A DNA stretch of 64,000 bases from Octopus vulgaris. Its lineage: Eukaryota. The stretch spans positions 76,694,001 through 76,758,000 of the forward strand of contig OX597819.1 of NCBI GenBank assembly GCA_951406725.2. Direction: 5' to 3'. Positions within the stretch are counted from its first letter, which is position 1. The number at the start of each line of letters is the position of its first letter. The translations under genes and the position numbers were made by a program. Below the pieces are notes generated by a model, which was not told where the DNA came from, searched no databases, and was given only the letters and a program-made list of their open reading frames with translations. Below, piece after piece: positions 55,845-64,000 of this stretch.

Positions 55845-56300
55845 GCTTGTTCCCCATAGGAGGGAGTAACACAAAAGATAACACACCAGATATTCAATTT
55901 ATTTCCTAGCCCAAAGAAGCAAGCCCCGTCCTGTGCTCGGATCAAGGCATAGCAAGCAACCCACGATATCAACAGCGGGGCCCGACAGCATATGCGCAGG
56001 TTATCTCCGCCGCATCATGCTGATTCCGTACCCCTTTGAGCAACATCAATTCACTCATACATCCACAAACACTCACCAAGCTTTCGTATAATTTATAAAC
56101 ACTCTTGCTTCTCTCACTTCAACACTTCTAACCAAAGCTGTCCTCACTCCATCCATCCACACAAACCGAGGTCTGCTTCTGGTTCTGCTGCCTACCACTT
56201 CTGCCTTCATCACCCTCCTTACCATCCGCTCCTCATCCATCCTCTCCATGTGGCCAAACCAACTCAACTTTGTGCGTTTTTGTTCCATTTTTAATATTGA
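55845..56300 (-). pseudogene. RTE-clade LINE 3' end and UTR
   Basis: LSWFGHMERMDEERMVRRVMKAEVVGSRTRSRPRFVWMDGVR...W, the canonical RTE C-terminus. Confidence 0.88.
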
Positions 56301-57056
56301 TATATGCATATAGCGGCCTACGTACACACTTGTGCTCACCTTATAATAGGTATGTATCTAGATTTTAGACGACTCTTACTCTATCTTTTAGTCCCCTCAT
56401 ACTTTCTTCCTTTTTCTTTTTCTCGCTCCCCCTCTCCCTCTATCTCACATTTCTTGGCCCTCCCCTTCTTTAATTCCCACTATTTTCCCCTCGTTTATCT
56501 CCCCTGTACCTTTCCCTTTGTCTCTGATTATTTTCCAATCCTTCAATCCCACTGCCCCTACCCCTCTCTCCTCCTTCCACATGACAGGTGTCCGGCCAGC
56601 CATGATCTTCCTTTTTTGGCCTGACTGCCGACCGCTAACACCTCTTATGTTCATCTGCTATGTTCCTGCCTTTAGGCTTTCATTTCATACACGCCAGCTC
56701 AATTTGATTCGTTCTCAGTTGAAAGATACCCAGATTTATTTTCTTGTTGCTTGTATTTGTAATTGTGTACCATGTGTTCCGGTATTTGTCTTTGTTGCTG
56801 TACACATTCGCTAGCTTTCTTACAAAAAGGTCTAATGTTCTTAGCTTAGACTTTTTGGAGAGCAACCAGATCGAACTGTCTCAAGTGTAACTGCCCGAAA
56901 TAGTAATTACTTCTGGTACTTGACTGAGGAAAGAAACCACGAATGACCCGTCATTTTTTTTTTGCCTGTCCATCTAATTGTTGTTTCTCCTGTTCGCCTT
57001 TTTGTCGTATATGTGTCCGAATGTTTTACTGTCCTCTATTGCGTTTTTGTTCCAGT

Positions 57057-57132
<76 letters not shown>

Positions 57133-57488
57133 GACGGACTTCTTTCTGCCAAATCAACTCACAAGACTTTGGTCGGGCCGAGGCTCTAATGGAAAACACT
57201 TGCCCAAGGTACCAGGCAGTAGGACTGAACCCGGAGCCAAGTTTCTGTTTAGGTATAAGCGTGGTTTGGGGTAATATATATGTATATATGTATATTCGTG
57301 TATGTGTGTATATATTTATATATTTGTGCATGTATGTGTATCTTTAATCTTTTATTTGTCTCAGTCATTAGACTACATCCATAGAGATACAACACCTGGA
57401 AGAATTTATATAGAACGATTCGACCCAATTCCTTACTTTATATTAAGCCTGGTACTCAGGCAAACACAGATATAAATACACGTTCACA

Positions 57489-57530
<42 letters not shown>

Positions 57531-57541
57531 GGCATGTCGAA

Positions 57542-57590
<49 letters not shown>

Positions 57591-57769
57591 GCATATACGG
57601 GTACAGGACGTCACCAACGGTGCAAGTAACATACACATGAGAGATAGATACAAGACGTGGACAGTAACTGAACAAAAACGAGTGAAATACGTAATGTACA
57701 TACATACATATACATACATATATATATATGTATGTATATATGTATTCATATGAGTGACTCTTATGTTGT

Positions 57770-58030
57770 TAAACGACGTATGAGTGTTCGGCAATTTCTT
57801 ACCGAACAACCGCACAGATGATTTGTTTTTAGTGATCAAATGTTTGTGTACACATAAGCTCATTCCTTCCATCAAATCGACATCACCTGTTTAGGTGCAC
57901 CGTGTGCCACATGTCAGATGCTAACATGATCGTAGAGCAACATCAAATAAAGTGCTTTCCTCAAGAACACAACGCATGGGAATCGAACCCATGATCTCGC
58001 AATAGCTAGTTAACACCCTAACCACTGACC
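57770..58030 (-). mobile_element. SINE family C
   Basis: Reverse complement of 44669-44960. Confidence 0.82.
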
Positions 58031-58031
58031 C

Positions 58032-58080
<49 letters not shown>

Positions 58081-58254
58081 GTATGTATAAATGCATATAC
58101 GATACGATGGTGGGTATATGCTTATGTAACTGTTCATGCATGCGCGTGCACACACAGACACACAGACACACACACACAAGCACGCACGCTCGCGCACATA
58201 TTCAAACAATGTCCATACTCGTTTGCAGAAGTATTTGAGTTCTAGCAGTTGATT

Positions 58255-59445
58255 CAGAGTGTGTCACAAACATACAAACCGACATCTAGTACAAACCAAG
58301 TGACTAAACGGTACCCACTATGTTCTTCATACCACCCAAAACATACCAAATCCGATATTCTGCTTAACCTCTCGAAAATAATCCAAACAATGGTCTCCAG
58401 TCCAGATAAAAAAAAACAACTCTTTGTATATATAGGTACATATGTGTATTTGAAGAAATAGAGAACCCTTCCGCATTATCCATCAGAACAGATGGATGAT
58501 AATAGAATTATCCATCAGAACAGATAGATAATAAAAGGATGTACAGTAGGTCTTCAAAAGAAAATTCGAGAGATAGAAGGACAGAACAAAAATAATCAAA
58601 TGCAAAAGACAGCCAAAGTTACTAAAAATAAGTACTTACCGGCGGTTAACAAAAAAGTACTTACCAGGTTAAGAAGTGGATAATTCAGTTGAGGAACTTG
58701 CAACAATTGTATTGGGGGCACAAATTATAAATGTAAATCAGGAGAAGATTTTACTTTAAAAAAACCCATTTTACTTATTCTTCAAAAAAAAATTGATTTG
58801 TGCTATTAAATGCAATGGATACAGGGAAGACTTCATTGGACAAACTAAACTCACTTCAAGAATGATATTAAATATTCATCGTCAACAAACACAGGAGCCC
58901 AAAACAAAACAAATTCCATTTAGTGAACATCAAGACATCTGCGCGAAAGCCAAATCGCCCAAATTTCTTGTTTTCCCATTCTACCAATGTTCAGGCAATA
59001 CTCCTGACGAAACAAGAATTAATAAGGAAACTTCATTTATTAAAAAACTAGCAGTATCGCCCGGCGTTGCTCGGGTTTGTAAGGGAAATAACTATAAAGC
59101 ATTTTTAGAGAGTTATAGCCAAAAAATGGAAAAAAATGATGGTAAATTTTTTTTTTTAGTTAAAAAGGTCGAGTTGCGTCCCCTAGACAGTCTGTGGTTT
59201 GTGTTTCTGATTCTCGACCCCATGTCGAATTTATCGATTTTTTTCAGAACTGGGGAACTTTTCAAAATTTTCGCTGCGTTAGTTTTGAATTATGACATTG
59301 GGCTATGTGTGTGTCAAGTTTCATCAGAATCGGTTGAAAGCCGTGGTCAGGGTGAGGGTACAACCTAACAGACACACAGAAACACACACAGACAAACTGC
59401 CGTTTATATATAGAGAGATACAAGCCACTGCTGAACAGGCTATAA
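58255..59445 (+). pseudogene. Penelope-like retroelement ORF relic: RT C-terminal linker plus GIY-YIG endonuclease, interrupted by a Helitron
   Basis: Frames give YKPT...SSYHPKHTKSDILLNLSKIIQTMVS (PLE S-x-HP motif) and ICAIKCNGYREDFIGQT...H.QQ...SEH..IC...FPFY...R.NKETSFIKK. Removing 59048-59418 continues in frame YKPLLNRL-stop, the typical PLE GIY-YIG ending. Confidence 0.85.
59048..59418 (-). mobile_element. Non-autonomous Helitron, 371 bp
   Basis: Minus strand starts TCTCTCTATATATAAA and ends with hairpin CCCGAGCAACGCCGGG followed by CGATACTG-CTAG. It is inserted between A and T with no TSD, and its removal restores the host reading frame exactly. Confidence 0.9.
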
Positions 59446-60053
59446 AACCATCATTAATACACGATTCACCTCTTCTTATGAATTAATTATTGTAGAAAAT
59501 CTACTCTGGCTCGTTCTTCAGAAAACCAAAATTCATGTAGCAGCTATCATTTACCTTATTTATTCCACACTTCGTTATCTTAGTTAAACTTTACAGTTTT
59601 AAATTAGTTTATTATCAGGCTAATAAATTAATTATCTATAAAACGTTTGTGTAACTAATTATTATATCACTTATTCATATCCCTCTTTTCTAACTGTCCA
59701 ATGACATATTCAATGGAGAAAAACTTTTTTGTTTTCTTCTCGCGCGGCTGTCAGATATATGTAATACATGAATGTTGACCAATCTATCTGTATGTAAATT
59801 TTAAAAACAAATTATTTTTATAACAATGGATAGAATAGACATAATTCACGACACAACTCCATACACTATTTACTTTTGAAGACCTAATGTGAAACTGGTC
59901 AAATCTATTCATATATTTTAAAATACAATTAAAATCTAATTCTAATATATATCCTCCATTCATTTGTAACTCCATTTCTTCTACTTGTTTGAATTAATAA
60001 CAATTCATCTATGTATGTATGTTTGCATGTGTATGTATGTGTGTGTGAGTGTT

Positions 60054-60084
<31 letters not shown>

Positions 60085-60649
60085 GTGTGTGTGTGTGCGT
60101 GCGTGTGTAAGAATAAAAATGTGCTCATAAAGACGACACATAAAAAAAACAGACACAAGATGTGAACCTGCTCACCCTCTCATCAGTTTTCGACCACATG
60201 TCCTCAAAATTTCCCACCATTATCGATGGGATTAAGCATTTCATTGGTGTCAACAGCAGACACTAAAGGACGATGACGAAAACAAAAGCAAATGATAAAC
60301 GATGACAAAACAAGGACAAGACATAACAAGAAAGCACACTACTAATTGTATGTATAAGTATATAGATACATATAGAAGCCTTTTGGTTATGAGACAGTAT
60401 TAAAACTAAACATATGCAGAAATAATGTTAATTGAAAAAGATGTCCAGTAGGTCCTCAAAAGAAAATTCGAGAGATAGAATGACAGAACGAAAGACAGAT
60501 GGAAAGATATAACGAAAGGTAACAAATTAAGATGATCCAGGAGCCCAAGAGAGCATGAGTGAACTAGTCAGCAGACAAGCACAGAAACAGCAGAGGAAAG
60601 GAGAAACGGGATGGTCACGTTGTACCGCAAAAAGCACTTAACCCATCAG

Positions 60650-60746
60650 TTACTTTTGCCGAACCGCTAAAATATGGAGACATAAGCACACAAGTACCGG
60701 TTGTGAAATGGTGGTAAGGGGGACAAAAACAGGCCTAAAGACACTT

Positions 60747-60793
<47 letters not shown>

Positions 60794-60956
60794 ACGAGCT
60801 TCTTTCGGTTTCCATCTCCAAAATCGACTCACAAGGCTTTTGTCAGCCTGCGGTTATAGCAAAAGACACATGCTGAATGTCCCACGCATTGGGATTGAAA
60901 CCCGAACTATGTAGTTTGTGAGTAAGTTTCTTACCACACAACCAAGCCTGCACCTA
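60650..60956 (-). mobile_element. SINE family A
   Basis: Reverse complement head, (TA)n and partial tail. Further fragments at 43660-43795, 46205-46370 and 57130-57455. Confidence 0.8.
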
Positions 60957-60992
60957 TATAAATATATTTGAATATATATGTTTGTATGTGTA

Positions 60993-61031
<39 letters not shown>

Positions 61032-61147
61032 GTGAGTGTGTGTGTGTGTATACGCTCACATTAACATCTGCTAATACTTTGCATGTACCTCGTTCTTGCG
61101 TTGTTTTTTCTTGTTTTTGTTCTTCGTTTTGGGGTATTTTTTAACTA

Positions 61148-61225
61148 AATATATATATATATATATATACATATATATACACATATATATATATATATAC
61201 ATATATACATATATATATACATATG

Positions 61226-61269
<44 letters not shown>

Positions 61270-61290
61270 TACATATATATACATATATAC

Positions 61291-61337
<47 letters not shown>

Positions 61338-61350
61338 TATACATATGTAC

Positions 61351-61420
<70 letters not shown>
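61148..61420. repeat. Long (TA)n/(TACA) microsatellite, representative of dozens of TA, CA/TG, GA and GATA tracts in the window
   Basis: Direct reading; similar tracts at ~755, 1400-1715, 2180, 3070, 20040, 30780, 33985, 54380 and 55450. Confidence 0.97.
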
Positions 61421-61423
<3 letters not shown>

Positions 61424-62427
61424 CGTAAATGGGTCGCATTGGTGCTCCGTATGAGTTCTTTCAACAAACAGACTGAATACCACTCACGACGCAGATTTCC
61501 TACTGTATGAAGATTCAGTCTTCAGCTCATTGAAAAGCTCTCGAAGTGCAAGTAACAGTAATATAACTTAATATCATTAATGTATGCATCACAGCATTAC
61601 TTTTAATGCACTTATCCTCGCGAAGCCTTATTTAAAATCAGTGTCATTGCGAACGATGCATTTCAATTTATTACAGAAAGAAAGAAAAATCAATAATAAA
61701 AATTGTTGCCTTTTATTTTTGGTTCTTTTTTTTTTATTATTTTTATTTTATTTTTTTCTTTCTGCAGACGATATTTAATCGAAAACAACGAAAGAGAAAA
61801 ACGAGAAACGATTCCGAACGAGAGGCGATGGGGTGAAAATGAAAAGAAAAGAAAGGAAAAAATATCAGCAGGAACAAATGTTTACAAAAATATACATAAT
61901 TACAAATATGAGAATAAATACTTGAATAAACAAGCATTTAATTAAAACTATATATTGAAAATGGGATTGAAGTACTTTTGTTTTCCACATAAAGAACCTA
62001 AAAATATAATTTACCAATAAACAAAAAAAAAAACAGAAAAAAAAAGAAAAGAAATATTCCAGAAGAATATTCAAACGATCACAGTGAAGAAAACATATCT
62101 CATATTTCACTAGGTTTATTTTCTGAATCAAGAAATCAAGAAACAAGGAAACTGTCTGCTTTTGAAATCAATTCTAAATATGGTTATTAGAAACAATAAG
62201 CGTGATTTTGAATCACTGCATACGGAAATAATAATTTCCTCATTCAACTTACGCGTTTCTATATATCTCATTTTTCCCTTCGTCAGCCGTCTAAATGTTT
62301 TAAACATCATCAGAGTACTTAATTCTATTGGCAAAATGTTATCCTTTAATCTCAGTATGATTGTGTCTTTTCAATTTTTATCAATTTGTCAATCAATTTT
62401 TAGTTTTATTATTACTGACACCGTTAT

Positions 62428-63168
<741 letters not shown>

Positions 63169-63695
63169 AGTTAGCAAACCAGAAAAGGCTATTAGTAAAG
63201 GCATCGCGACCGACGTGACAATGGCCCTTGACCATTTCTTTGAGGCGAAACGCGAAGGGTACTATGTCAGAAACAAGAAAATATAAAGTCCCGCTGCTGC
63301 CAACATTACCAACACTACAAATGATTTGGATGTGGCCGTCATTAGTCGATTTAGATGGGGCCCGTAGACAGGGATCCGGTTACTGGAAGTTGAATACATC
63401 CTTACCGACTTGCAAATACTTCAGGGACTTGATTAGCGAACTAGTTAAGCGGCAGTTGGTGGATCGCTCTGAAGAGAACAATTAGAGCTGAATTGATAGC
63501 GTTTAGCAAAGATTTAACAATAGAAAGAAATAGATTAGAGGGAGAACTAGTTAGCAAACTAGAAAAGGTTATTACTAAAGGCATTGCGACCGGCGTGAGA
63601 ATGGCCCTTGACCATTTCTTTGAGGCGAAACACGAAGGGTGCATTGTCAGAGCCCGTGCGCTTAAATACGAAGGAACTAAAGCCGTCCTATTCTC
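63169..63695 (+). pseudogene. Tx1/L1-like ORF2 fragment (end of APE domain and linker) with an internal duplication
   Basis: GSGYWKLNTSL motif and ALDHFFEAKHEGCIVRARALKYEG; 63169-63271 repeats 63549-63651. Confidence 0.85.
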
Positions 63696-64000
63696 TATAT
63701 AATGGTAGCACTGAATCATAAAATTCCACAGGATCTTTGCATTATCATTTTCGATGAAGCCTTCAGGTTTGTGGTCGTACCAATTTTTTGCTATGTTAAG
63801 TTGCAAAGTTTCCAATAGATAATCCTTGCTATATTGTCGTGGCGTCTCTTATATTCCTTCTGGGTTAGTGGCGTACATTAGCTGGTAATATGCCAAACGG
63901 TTTCACCGTTTTGTCCACAGATTCTGCACTTAACACTTTCTGATGTATTGTCAATTCTATATTTTATGTAGTTTGTTCTTTGTGCTTGCTCTTGGGCAGC
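63695..64000 (-). pseudogene. R4/Dong-like LINE C-terminal fragment (CCHC knuckle), runs off the window end
   Basis: AAQEQA.RTNYIKYRID.TSES.KCRICGQNGETVWHITS.C..L.QKEYKRRHDNIARIIYW...WYDHKPEGFIENDNAKILWNF.IQC.H.IE. Confidence 0.9.

Noticed and set aside
58793-59368. 191-aa ORF as a novel gene
   Set aside because: It is a chimera of a decayed Penelope GIY-YIG frame and antisense read-through into an inserted Helitron.
59692-59730. CTGTCCAATGA-CAT..ATG-GAGAAAAAC downstream of the Penelope ORF as a hammerhead
   Set aside because: The position is suggestive but the core is mutated and stems I and III are not recoverable.

Overview
AT-rich eukaryotic non-coding DNA. The microsatellite load and the SINE, mariner and LINE families look like an Octopus (coleoid cephalopod) genome; this is inference from repeat content only. 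I found no supportable host protein-coding exon, tRNA/rRNA gene or CRISPR array. Nearly all ORFs in the track are microsatellite read-through or degraded transposon frames. The window is a mosaic of three tRNA-headed SINE families, several Tc1/mariner relics, LINE fragments (Tx1/L1-like, RTE, R4/Dong) and a Penelope-like RT-linker/GIY-YIG relic split by a clean 371-bp non-autonomous Helitron. The most notable signal is two ORF-less fold-back (palindromic) insertions of about 2.6 kb (4373-6983) and about 0.2 kb (50550-50748). Each sits in the internal (TA)n tract of the same SINE family and carries a minimal type-I hammerhead ribozyme motif whose stem III is self-complementary (dimer-type, as in Penelope-like elements and retrozymes). 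All coordinates and identities were read by eye and are approximate unless stated.
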